Shown here piece by piece: positions 18,430 through 26,922 of a stretch of DNA of 32,000 nucleotides. Origin of the DNA: Vibrio cholerae ATCC 14035 (GTDB lineage Bacteria; Pseudomonadota; Gammaproteobacteria; Enterobacterales; Vibrionaceae); NCBI RefSeq assembly GCF_000621645.1, contig NZ_JHXR01000011.1, forward strand, positions 60,001-92,000. The letters are read 5' to 3'. The translations under genes were made by a program, and so were the position numbers. Below the pieces are notes generated by a model, which worked only from the letters and a program-made list of their open reading frames with translations, searched no databases and was not told the origin of the DNA. Every line of letters begins with the position of its first letter. Position 1 is the stretch's first letter.

Positions 18430-19707
18430 TTAAGCCTGCATGTAGTTTTCTGGCATTGGGATACGAGCAACACCTGATTCCACTGCCGCTTCCGCGACGG
18501 CGCGTGCTACGCGTGGCAATAGGCGAGGGTCCATCGGTTTTGGAATGATGTAATCAATACCGAAACTGAGCTTATCCACTCCAGCAGCTGCCAGCACTTC
18601 GGCTGGCACAGGCTCTTTCGCCAGTTGGCGAATCGCCTCTACTGCAGCCAGTTTCATCTGGTCATTGATTTCACTCGCGCGCACATCGAGTGCTCCACGG
18701 AAAATGAACGGGAAACAGAGCACGTTGTTAACTTGGTTTGGATAGTCGCTGCGACCAGTCCCCATGATCATGTCGTTACGCACTTGATGAGCAATTTCTG
18801 GCTTGATTTCAGGATCTGGGTTGGAGCAGGCAAACACCACAGGCTTGTCGGCCATCAGCTTAAGGGCATCCGCTGGCAGCAAGTTAGGGCCAGAAACGCC
18901 GAGGAACAGATCCGCTCCCGCAATCACATCTTCCAACGTACGCTTGTCGGTGTTGTTGGCAAACAGTGCTTTGTATTCATTGAGATCATCACGGCGAGTG
19001 TGGATCACGCCTTTGCGATCCAGCATGTAGATTTTCTCACGCATTGCCCCGCATTTGATCAGTAGCTCCATACACGCCACTGCTGCGGCACCCGCACCAA
19101 GGCAGACGATAATACAGTCTTTCAGTTGTTTACCTTGCAACTCAAGCGCATTAAGCATACCAGCCGCGGTGACAATCGCAGTACCGTGTTGGTCATCGTG
19201 GAATACAGGGACATCACAACGCTCAATCAGGCGGCGCTCAATTTCAAAGCAGTCTGGGGCTTTGATATCTTCTAAGTTGATACCGCCGAAAGTATCAGCA
19301 ATGTTAGCGACAGTATCGATAAATTCGTCGATCGTGCGGTGTTTTACTTCAATATCAATCGAATCCAATCCTGCGAAGCGTTTAAACAGCAGTGCCTTAC
19401 CTTCCATGACAGGCTTAGAGGCCATCGGGCCTAAATTTCCCAATCCTAAAATTGCGGTGCCGTTAGAGATCACGGCCACCGTGTTGCCTTTCGCGGTGTA
19501 CTTATACACATTGTCAACGTTTTGCGCGATTTCACGCACTGGCTCAGCTACACCTGGGCTATAAGCCAGAGCGAGATCGGCAGCAGAATCGGCTGGCTTG
19601 GTCAGTGCAATACCAATTTTGCCCGCGGTTGGGTAAGCATGGTAATCCAGAGCGCGTTGGCGAAATTGTTCTTCAGGTGTTGGGTTGAGGCGATTGTCAT
19701 CGGACAT
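18430..19707 (-). CDS. Malic enzyme, short form (malate dehydrogenase, decarboxylating; no PTA-like domain)
   Basis: 425 aa collinear with the first ~425 residues of recalled E. coli MaeB (ALDYHAYPTAGKI..., LAYSPGVAEP, VFHDDQHGTAIV, GAGAAA, SDYPNQVNNVLCFPFIFRGALDV). The protein ends where the MaeB phosphotransacetylase-like domain would begin. Cofactor preference was not determined. Confidence 0.9.
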   Translation of the reverse strand: MSDDNRLNPTPEEQFRQRALDYHAYPTAGKIGIALTKPADSAADLALAYSPGVAEPVREIAQNVDNVYKYTAKGNTVAVISNGTAILGLGNLGPMASKPVMEGKALLFKRFAGLDSIDIEVKHRTIDEFIDTVANIADTFGGINLEDIKAPDCFEIERRLIERCDVPVFHDDQHGTAIVTAAGMLNALELQGKQLKDCIIVCLGAGAAAVACMELLIKCGAMREKIYMLDRKGVIHTRRDDLNEYKALFANNTDKRTLEDVIAGADLFLGVSGPNLLPADALKLMADKPVVFACSNPDPEIKPEIAHQVRNDMIMGTGRSDYPNQVNNVLCFPFIFRGALDVRASEINDQMKLAAVEAIRQLAKEPVPAEVLAAAGVDKLSFGIDYIIPKPMDPRLLPRVARAVAEAAVESGVARIPMPENYMQA

Positions 19708-19964
19708 AGGGCTGTTCTCTTATTGTTATTTATGGGGGAGGTCGCAAATTTTAAAGTAACTATTGCAAACTGCCTAGGTTAGACACTGAGCAAAGCGTAC
19801 AAAAAAAGCGAAGATCTTGCTGATAAGACCAGTGAAAATGTGAATCGCGGAGAAGAAATAGCCAGAATATGCCAATTCAAAGGGTTTTATATGCAGATAA
19901 GTGAGTGTCCAATTCATTCTAGCTGAAAGCGAGATGAGATAGTGGTGGCGGGGCTTAAGCTATG

Positions 19965-19986
19965 AAAAAAGGACGCCGAAGCGTCC
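19965..19986 (-). terminator. Rho-independent terminator of rpmE
   Basis: Stem GGACGC (19971-19976) / GCGTCC (19981-19986) with loop CGAA. The A6 run at 19965-19970 gives a U6 tail on the minus transcript, and the hairpin is 28 nt after the rpmE stop. Confidence 0.8.
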
Positions 19987-20014
19987 TTTTTCAAAATCTA
20001 GCGTAAAGCAGAAA

Positions 20015-20233
20015 TTACTTCTTCGCAGACAGTGCGCCGAAACGCTTGTTGAAGCGCTCAACACGACCACCGGTGTCAACGATACGTTGCTTACCAGAGT
20101 AGAATGGGTGGCACTTGTCACATACGTCTAGGTGCATTGTGTCTTTACCTAGAGTAGAGTTGAAAACGAAAGAGTTGCCGCAAGAACAAGTTGCGTTTAC
20201 TGCTTTGTATTCTGGGTGGATACCAGCTTTCAT
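20015..20233 (-). CDS. rpmE: 50S ribosomal protein L31 (Zn-ribbon type A)
   Basis: 72 aa, [20 protein letters not shown]...[14 protein letters not shown], with both Cys pairs present. GAGG lies 7 nt before the ATG. Confidence 0.97.
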   Translation of the reverse strand: MKAGIHPEYKAVNATCSCGNSFVFNSTLGKDTMHLDVCDKCHPFYSGKQRIVDTGGRVERFNKRFGALSAKK

Positions 20234-20487
20234 GGGATAACCTCAATTTAGGCCGTGTCGCCATCCGAATCGATTGTCGTCGGACACCACACGTAGTGTT
20301 AAAAATAACGAGTTTGCATATCCAGAGAGGTCAACCCTCTAGGATGCCGTAAGGCGCGATATATTAATGAATCTCGAGTTTCGGATCAACCGATCGCGCC
20401 GATTATTTCACCAAAAGCGCGGGTCGAATTTCTGTCAAGCTTCCAGTAGACTGTGATCCGTTTGATTTTTCCCTGTTTTGGACCCTG

Positions 20488-22692
20488 ATGCGACCCTCCA
20501 TTGCCCGAGTTTGCCTACCTGTACCTCTGGATAAGTCTTTCGACTATCTGATCCCAGCTCATCTATTTCCAGTGCTGGGCGGTCGTGTGCAAGTGCCTTT
20601 TGGGCGACAAACCTTGGTCGGTATTGTCCAGTCGCTGACACATCAATCCGATTTTCCTATCGAACAACTGAAATCCGTGCAAGCCGTTTTGGATGACGCG
20701 CCCGTGTGGCCAGATAAACTGCAGTCTCTGCTGCACTGGTGTAGCCAGTTTTATCATTATCCGCTCGGTGAAACGTACGCGAATGCCTTGCCCGGCGCAC
20801 TGCGCAAAGGCAAAGCGGCAGAGCTGACTAGCCATAAAGAGTGGCGTTTGACCGCGCTTGGTCAAGAGCAACTGATGCAAGGGGTGAAGCGTGGCGCGGT
20901 AAAACAAGCGCAAGTTCTCCATTTGTTGCAGCACGGCGCTTTATCGCACCAAACTTTGCTTGATGAAGAGGTGAGCAGCACGACCCTCAAAGCCTTGGTC
21001 GAAAAAGGGTGGATTGAGTGTGAAGAGCGTAAACCTGTGGCGCGTCCTTGGCCGCAAGAGCTGGAAGCTAAAGTCGATAAACCTAGGCTTAATCAAGAGC
21101 AGGCGATCGCGATTGCGGCGGTGAATAGCCAGCAAGGTTTCGGCTGCTTTTTATTAGAAGGGGTAACGGGCTCAGGCAAAACAGAGGTGTATCTTAACCT
21201 CATCACACCGGTATTGGCGCGTGGTGAACAAGCCTTGGTGTTGGTGCCGGAAATTGGTTTAACCCCACAAACCATCAACCGGTTTCGCCAACGTTTTAAT
21301 GTCCCCGTCGAAGTCATGCACTCGGCGCTCAACGATACTGAACGCCTCAACGCTTGGCTGGCGGCGCGCGATAAAGTGGCGGGGATTGTGATTGGTACGC
21401 GCTCGGCGCTGCTCACACCCTTTGCCAAATTGGGCATTATTATTGTTGATGAAGAACATGATAGTTCTTACAAGCAGCAAGATAGCCTGCGTTATCACGC
21501 CCGCGATGTGGCTGTGATGCGCGCGCATCTGGAGAATATTCCGATTGTGCTTGGCTCGGCGACGCCAGCCTTGGAAACGTTGCATAATGCGCTCAGTGGT
21601 AAATACCATCACTTGCAACTGACGCAGCGTGCTGGTAATGCACTACCCACACGTAACCACGCGTTGGATGTGAAAGGGCTCTATCTGGAAAGTGGTCTGT
21701 CTGCGCCTTTGATTGCGGAAATGCGCCGCCATTTGTCGGCGGGCAATCAGGTGATGCTGTTTTTAAACCGCCGCGGTTTTTCTCCGGCCTTGATGTGCCA
21801 TGAATGCGGCTGGATTGCGGAGTGCCAGCGCTGTGATGCCTATTACACCTACCATCAACACAGCAATGAGATGCGCTGCCACCATTGTGGTTCACAGCGT
21901 CCTGTTCTCCATCAATGCAAAGGGTGCGGCTCGACTCAACTGGTTACTGTCGGCGTTGGTACGGAACAGCTTGAAGCGCAATTACACACTCTATTCCCTG
22001 AGTATCGTTCAGTGCGGATTGATCGAGATAGCACGCGGCGTAAAGGCAGTTTGGAATCGGCGTTAACCGCGATTCGCAAAGGCGAATATCAGATTTTGAT
22101 TGGTACGCAAATGCTCGCCAAAGGACATCACTTCCCCGATGTTACCTTGGTCGCGTTGTTGGATGTCGATGGCTCATTGTACAGCAGTGATTTTCGCGCT
22201 TCTGAGCGTTTGGCTCAGCTCTTTATTCAAGTCGCAGGGCGGGCAGGGCGTGCCAGCAAGCCGGGCGAAGTGGTGCTACAAACGCATCATCCCGAACACA
22301 GTTTGCTACAAGCCTTGCTGCATAAGGATTACCACCATTTTGCCCTGACGGCGTTGGAAGAGCGTAAGCTGGCGCAGTTGCCCCCTTATTCTTTCTTGAG
22401 CTTATTTCGAGCTGAAGCCAATCACACCGCTCAAGTGGAAGATTTTTTGCGTCAAGTGCGCGAAACCTTGCGCTGCAATCCTTGGTTTGATAGCGAATGT
22501 ATGGTGCTCGGGCCAACGCCTGCGCCACTCGCGAAACGAGCGGGAAAATTCCGTTGGCAGCTTTTACTACAAACGCCGAATCGCACCCTGATGCAGAAGA
22601 TTTTGCAAAGCGCACGTCCAGCACTGCAACAATTACCGCTGGCGAGCAAGGTGCGCTGGTCGATCGATATTGATCCGCAAGATTTGAGCTAA
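20488..22692 (+). CDS. priA: Primosomal replication-restart helicase PriA
   Basis: 734 aa. The N-terminus VCLPVPLDKSFDYLIP, Walker A GVTGSGKTEVY, DEEHD box and Cys-rich zinc region CHECGWIAECQRCDAYYTYH...CHHCG...CKGCGS are all present. The gene is divergent from rpmE, as in E. coli. Confidence 0.96.
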   Translation: MRPSIARVCLPVPLDKSFDYLIPAHLFPVLGGRVQVPFGRQTLVGIVQSLTHQSDFPIEQLKSVQAVLDDAPVWPDKLQSLLHWCSQFYHYPLGETYANALPGALRKGKAAELTSHKEWRLTALGQEQLMQGVKRGAVKQAQVLHLLQHGALSHQTLLDEEVSSTTLKALVEKGWIECEERKPVARPWPQELEAKVDKPRLNQEQAIAIAAVNSQQGFGCFLLEGVTGSGKTEVYLNLITPVLARGEQALVLVPEIGLTPQTINRFRQRFNVPVEVMHSALNDTERLNAWLAARDKVAGIVIGTRSALLTPFAKLGIIIVDEEHDSSYKQQDSLRYHARDVAVMRAHLENIPIVLGSATPALETLHNALSGKYHHLQLTQRAGNALPTRNHALDVKGLYLESGLSAPLIAEMRRHLSAGNQVMLFLNRRGFSPALMCHECGWIAECQRCDAYYTYHQHSNEMRCHHCGSQRPVLHQCKGCGSTQLVTVGVGTEQLEAQLHTLFPEYRSVRIDRDSTRRKGSLESALTAIRKGEYQILIGTQMLAKGHHFPDVTLVALLDVDGSLYSSDFRASERLAQLFIQVAGRAGRASKPGEVVLQTHHPEHSLLQALLHKDYHHFALTALEERKLAQLPPYSFLSLFRAEANHTAQVEDFLRQVRETLRCNPWFDSECMVLGPTPAPLAKRAGKFRWQLLLQTPNRTLMQKILQSARPALQQLPLASKVRWSIDIDPQDLS

Positions 22693-22694
22693 TT

Positions 22695-22731
22695 CACATC
22701 GCGTTTTATAACGCTGATGTGTGTTAATTTT
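22695..22731 (+). terminator. Probable terminator hairpin after priA
   Basis: CACATCGCGTT (22695-22705) pairs with AACGC-T-GATGTG (22710-22721), giving one bulge and loop TTAT. The tail GTTAATTTT is only a weak T-tract. Confidence 0.45.
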
Positions 22732-22754
22732 GTCAGCAAATTAATGCTTATTAT

Positions 22755-22770
22755 CGTGATGAAAATCACA
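22755..22770. promoter_or_regulatory. CRP-binding site upstream of cytR
   Basis: CGTGA-TGAAAA-TCACA matches 9/10 core positions of TGTGA-N6-TCACA, 228 nt upstream of the cytR ATG. A TGCAA motif follows at about 22777-22781. Confidence 0.55.
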
Positions 22771-22997
22771 GTGACTATGCAAAATTTGTTAATCTCGCCG
22801 TAACTTTCTGTTCTGAATCCCTTAGACTATCGGTAAAATCCACTCAGTGAATCGTTTTCGTTAAGCCCAACGTCATGGTTATGGCCATGATTTCTAGCAT
22901 GAACAAGATTTACTGATTGCAGGTTAAGTCTTACAAGATCAGTCATCATGAGTGTGATGCTCAACATCACTCGATAGAGAAAAGAGGGTAAAAATAC

Positions 22998-24005
22998 ATG
23001 GCGACAATGAAGGATGTTGCCCAGCTTGCTGGAGTTTCAACCGCGACCGTGTCTCGTGCGTTGATGAATCCAGAGAAAGTCTCGTCGTCCACTCGTAAAC
23101 GAGTGGAAGAGGCCGTGCTGGAAGCGGGTTACTCACCCAATTCTTTGGCGCGCAATTTGCGCCGTAATGAATCGAAAACCATCGTTGCTATCGTGCCAGA
23201 TATCTGTGATCCCTACTTTTCTGAGATCATTCGCGGTATTGAAGATGCCGCGATGGAGCACGGTTATCTGGTGCTGTTGGGGGATAGTGGTCAACAGAAG
23301 CGTCGGGAGAACTCGTTCGTTAATCTGGTGTTTACCAAACAGGCAGACGGTATGTTGCTGCTGGGGACAGATTTGCCGTTTGATGTGAGTAAACCTGAGC
23401 AGAAAAACCTACCGCCTATGGTGATGGCGTGTGAATTTGCGCCAGAGCTGGAATTGCCAACGGTACACATTGATAACCTGACCTCGGCATTTGAGGCGGT
23501 AAACTATCTCACTCAGCTTGGGCACAAACGGATTGCGCAGATCTCAGGTCCACAACATGCTGCGCTGTGCCAATTCCGTCATCAAGGCTATCAACAGGCG
23601 TTGCGTCGTGCTGGCATCACCATGAACCCGACTTACTGCACTTTTGGCGATTTCACTTTTGAAGCCGGGGCAAAAGCGGTGCGTCAGCTGTTGGCATTGC
23701 CTGAGCAGCCGACCGCGATTTTCTGTCATAACGATACGATGGCGATTGGCGCAATTCAGGAAGCGAAGCGACTTGGCTTGCGCGTACCGCAAGATCTCTC
23801 TGTGGTCGGTTTTGACGATATTCAGTTTGCCCAGTACTGCGATCCCCCATTAACCACCATTTCGCAGCCGCGTTATGAGATTGGCCGTCAAGCCATGCTG
23901 ATGATGCTTGAGCTGCTTCGCGGACACGATGTACGTGCTGGATCGCGTCTTTTGGAGACCAAGCTGGTCGTGCGTGAGAGTGCTGCGCCGCCAAGCAAGA
24001 AGTAA
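22998..24005 (+). CDS. cytR: LacI-family regulator CytR
   Basis: 335 aa. The HTH MATMKDVAQLAGVSTATVSRALMNPEKVS and long blocks (IVPDICDPYFSEIIRGIE, NLPPMVMACEFAPELELPTVHIDNLT, CDPPLTTISQPRYEIGR) match recalled E. coli CytR. The priA-cytR-ftsN order is conserved. Confidence 0.95.
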   Translation: MATMKDVAQLAGVSTATVSRALMNPEKVSSSTRKRVEEAVLEAGYSPNSLARNLRRNESKTIVAIVPDICDPYFSEIIRGIEDAAMEHGYLVLLGDSGQQKRRENSFVNLVFTKQADGMLLLGTDLPFDVSKPEQKNLPPMVMACEFAPELELPTVHIDNLTSAFEAVNYLTQLGHKRIAQISGPQHAALCQFRHQGYQQALRRAGITMNPTYCTFGDFTFEAGAKAVRQLLALPEQPTAIFCHNDTMAIGAIQEAKRLGLRVPQDLSVVGFDDIQFAQYCDPPLTTISQPRYEIGRQAMLMMLELLRGHDVRAGSRLLETKLVVRESAAPPSKK

Positions 24006-24016
24006 CCCACCTTCGA

Positions 24017-24060
24017 AACCGAGTTTCATGCTTGAAAGGTTTGAACTCGGTTCCTTTTTT
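24017..24060 (+). terminator. Rho-independent terminator of cytR
   Basis: Stem AACCGAGTT (24017-24025) / AACTCGGTT (24044-24052) followed by CCTTTTTT. The loop is large (18 nt). Confidence 0.65.
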
Positions 24061-24176
24061 CGTTCCTGTCGCAGCGCTGAGATCGGCGATAAGGCCAGTT
24101 GTTTGGGCGTAACTCTGTTATCTGGCAGCGATCTGCATTAACATGTGGACAATTTTGTTAATTTCCGAACAACAAC

Positions 24177-24728
24177 GTGGCTAATAGAGATTATGTAAGA
24201 GGCGGTCGTAGTCCGAAGAAGCCGACCCGTAGAAAAGCAGCGCCGCGCCGTAAACCATGGCGTAGTGGTTTAGTCGCTTTAGTACTCATCGCGGGCTTTG
24301 GTTATGGCTTGTATTTGCTCAGCAACGACCCGGAACCTAAAGTCAACACTCAGGTGTCGACGTCATCATCGACATCGAGCAGTAAACCTAAGCCGACAGA
24401 AACGCTACCGCCCCCGCCAACGGAAAAGTGGGACTACGTAGACACCTTGCCCAATCGCGAAATTGAAGTCGTGGCCAAAGAGCAGGAAGTGTCGGATATC
24501 CCTTACGTGATGCAGTGTGGTGCGTATAAAACCGCAGAACAAGCCGAAGCGCGTAAGCTGGATATCGCTTTCCAAGGCATCAGCAGCCATATCCGTAAGA
24601 AAGCGGACAGCAGTTGGTATCGTGTCGTCCTCGGACCTTACAAATTTAAGCGCGATGCTGAGCGCGATAAGCACAAACTGCAACGCGCAAAAATCGAGCC
24701 CTGCGCTATCTGGGCTGAAAAGCAGTAA
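24177..24728 (+). CDS. ftsN: Cell-division protein FtsN (short form, with SPOR domain)
   Basis: 183 aa with a GTG start. MANRDYVRGG aligns with E. coli MAQRDYVRR. It has a single TM segment (LVALVLIAGFGYGLYLL), an LPPPPTEKWDYVDTL motif and a C-terminal SPOR domain (YVMQCGAYKTAEQAEA...WYRVVLGPY...CAIW). No obvious SD precedes the start. Confidence 0.85.
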   Translation: MANRDYVRGGRSPKKPTRRKAAPRRKPWRSGLVALVLIAGFGYGLYLLSNDPEPKVNTQVSTSSSTSSSKPKPTETLPPPPTEKWDYVDTLPNREIEVVAKEQEVSDIPYVMQCGAYKTAEQAEARKLDIAFQGISSHIRKKADSSWYRVVLGPYKFKRDAERDKHKLQRAKIEPCAIWAEKQ

Positions 24729-24740
24729 GCGACTCCCCAA

Positions 24741-24766
24741 AAGCCTGATGTTGATCAGGCTTTTTT
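24741..24766 (+). terminator. Rho-independent terminator of ftsN
   Basis: Stem AAGCCTGAT (24741-24749) / ATCAGGCTT (24754-24762) with loop GTTG, and a T-run through 24766. Confidence 0.8.
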
Positions 24767-24796
24767 GTTGGCATTCGGTCAACTTCTCTCGCTTGG

Positions 24797-24825
24797 CTTG
24801 AAATTGTTTTCCGGTAGCCGCATAT
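24797..24825 (+). promoter_or_regulatory. Sigma-32 (heat-shock) promoter of hslVU
   Basis: CTTGAAA (24797-24803), a 14-nt spacer, then CCGCATAT (24818-24825), against the consensus CTTGAAA-N13-15-CCCCATNT. It lies about 40 nt upstream of the hslV start. Confidence 0.7.
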
Positions 24826-24864
24826 AAGCGGGTAACTCTCCGATAAAAATTAAAGAGGCCTCTT

Positions 24865-25422
24865 GTGACTACTATCGTATCAGTGCGTCGTAATAATAAA
24901 GTTGTCATCGCTGGTGACGGGCAGGTATCGCTAGGCAATACCGTGATGAAAGGCAATGCACGTAAAGTGCGCCGCCTTTATAACAACAAGGTACTGGCAG
25001 GCTTTGCTGGTGGAACCGCTGATGCATTTACCCTGTTTGAGCGCTTTGAAAGTAAGTTGCAGATGCACCAAGGTCACCTGACCAAAGCGGCGGTTGAGCT
25101 AGCCAAAGATTGGCGAAGCGATCGCGCGCTGCGCCGTTTGGAAGCCATTTTGGCGGTCGCCGATGAAACCGCATCGCTGATCATTACCGGTAATGGTGAT
25201 GTGCTGCAGCCTGAACACGATCTGATTGCGATCGGTTCTGGTGGCAACTATGCACAAGCGGCTGCTATTGCTCTGTTAGAAAACACCGAGCTTGATGCAC
25301 GCACGATCGCCGAAAAAGCCTTAAATATCGCGGGCGATATCTGCGTGTTTACTAACCACCATCACACTATCGAAGAACTCGAAATTCCGCAGGCGATGTT
25401 GCCACAAGGCGCATCTGCGTAG
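24865..25422 (+). CDS. hslV: ATP-dependent protease HslVU, peptidase subunit HslV
   Basis: 185 aa with a GTG start preceded by AGAGG. (M)[38 protein letters not shown] is near-identical to E. coli HslV, with the catalytic Thr right after the initiator. Confidence 0.97.
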
Positions 25423-25487
25423 ATCAATAAGTCTCCGGCAAATAACCACAAGATAGTGCCCGAAAAGCTGAGTGAAGGATTTGAATC

Positions 25488-26819
25488 ATGTCTGAAATGA
25501 CTCCCCGCGAAATAGTGAGCGAGCTCAATCGCCACATCATAGGTCAAGATAAAGCCAAACGTGCCGTAGCGATTGCACTGCGTAACCGTTGGCGTCGTAT
25601 GCAGCTTGAAGAGAGCTTGCGTGTTGAAGTGACCCCGAAAAATATTCTGATGATTGGCCCAACCGGTGTCGGCAAAACTGAAATTGCTCGCCGTTTAGCC
25701 AAGCTTGCGAACGCGCCTTTCATCAAGGTTGAAGCGACCAAATTCACCGAAGTGGGCTATGTCGGTAAGGAAGTGGAATCGATCATCCGCGATCTGACTG
25801 ATGTTGCGGTGAAGCTGACGCATCAGCAAGCGATGGAGAAAGTAAAATTCCGCGCTGAAGAGTTAGCGGAAGAGCGCGTATTGGATGCGCTGCTGCCTCC
25901 ACCACGCGATGCGTGGGGACAAGCAGAGCAAAAAGAGGAGAACTCCAGCACCCGCCAAGTATTTCGTAAAAAGTTGCGTGAAGGGCAACTGAACGACAAA
26001 GAGATTGAAATTAACGTCGCTGTACCGCAGATGGGCGTGGAAATCATGGCACCTCCAGGCATGGAAGAGATGACCAACCAACTGCAGGGACTGTTCCAAA
26101 ACCTCGCGGGCGACACCAAGAAAAAGCGCAAAATGAAGATTAAAGATGCGCTGAAAGCCTTGGTGGAAGAAGAAGCCGCTAAGCTAGTCAATCAAGAAGA
26201 GCTGAAAGAGCAGGCGATTTACAATGTCGAAAATAACGGCATCGTGTTTATCGATGAAATCGACAAAATCTGTAAGCGTGGAGAAGTCTCGGGTCCCGAT
26301 GTTTCTCGTGAAGGGGTGCAGCGCGATCTGCTGCCTTTGATTGAAGGCAGTACGGTATCCACCAAGCATGGCATGGTGCGAACGGATCACATCCTGTTTA
26401 TTGCCTCAGGCGCGTTCCAAGTAGCAAAACCGTCAGATTTGATCCCAGAGCTGCAAGGCCGTTTGCCCATCCGTGTTGAGTTGGAAGCCCTGTCGAGCAA
26501 CGACTTCAAACGCATTCTGACTGAGCCGAAAGCATCACTCACCGAGCAATATGTTGCGCTGATGAAAACCGAACAGGTGGATGTGCAGTTTACCGAAGAT
26601 GGTATCAAGCAGATTGCGGATGCGGCATGGCAAGTTAACGAAACCACCGAAAATATTGGTGCGCGACGTCTGCATACTGTGCTGGAGCGTTTAATGGATG
26701 AAATCTCCTTTGATGCAACAGAAAAAGCCGGCCAAGCCTTCGTGATCGATGCTGCTTACGTGAAAGCGCGTTTGGGTGAGCTGGTCGAAGACGAAGATCT
26801 CAGCCGTTTCATTCTCTAG
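25488..26819 (+). CDS. hslU: ATP-dependent protease HslVU, AAA+ ATPase subunit HslU
   Basis: 443 aa. [40 protein letters not shown], Walker [16 protein letters not shown] and Walker [11 protein letters not shown] are present. The length equals E. coli HslU. Confidence 0.97.
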   Translation: MSEMTPREIVSELNRHIIGQDKAKRAVAIALRNRWRRMQLEESLRVEVTPKNILMIGPTGVGKTEIARRLAKLANAPFIKVEATKFTEVGYVGKEVESIIRDLTDVAVKLTHQQAMEKVKFRAEELAEERVLDALLPPPRDAWGQAEQKEENSSTRQVFRKKLREGQLNDKEIEINVAVPQMGVEIMAPPGMEEMTNQLQGLFQNLAGDTKKKRKMKIKDALKALVEEEAAKLVNQEELKEQAIYNVENNGIVFIDEIDKICKRGEVSGPDVSREGVQRDLLPLIEGSTVSTKHGMVRTDHILFIASGAFQVAKPSDLIPELQGRLPIRVELEALSSNDFKRILTEPKASLTEQYVALMKTEQVDVQFTEDGIKQIADAAWQVNETTENIGARRLHTVLERLMDEISFDATEKAGQAFVIDAAYVKARLGELVEDEDLSRFIL

Positions 26820-26840
26820 ACTGCTTAATTTTTGAAGTGA

Positions 26841-26869
26841 AAGCCCACCCGAATTTGGTGGGCTTTTTT
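26841..26869 (+). terminator. Rho-independent terminator of hslVU
   Basis: Stem AAGCCCACC (26841-26849) / GGTGGGCTT (26857-26865) with a 7-nt loop, and a T-run to 26869. Confidence 0.85.
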
Positions 26870-26922
26870 ATCTGGGTGATTTGCGCGTATACTGACGCCA
26901 TGTTGATCGTACTCTCATTATC

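Noticed and set aside
18430-19707. The idea that the 425-aa malic enzyme is a truncated maeB pseudogene
   Set aside because: The ORF ends at the natural domain boundary and is followed at once by a strong terminator and then metJ. No frameshifted remnant of a PTA-like domain is present, and short-form malic enzymes are a known class.
22875-22916. 13-codon Met-rich mini-ORF (MVMAMISSMNKIY*) in the cytR upstream region, considered as a possible leader peptide
   Set aside because: It has no SD, and no downstream alternative-hairpin attenuator architecture. cytR has no link to methionine supply, so this is likely chance.
24405-24956. 183-aa minus-strand ORF spanning the ftsN 3' half, the ftsN terminator, the sigma-32 promoter and the hslV 5' end
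   Set aside because: It starts with TTG and has no SD. It runs straight through a terminator hairpin and a promoter and is antisense to two well-supported genes. Its sequence resembles no family, so it is most likely a chance open frame.
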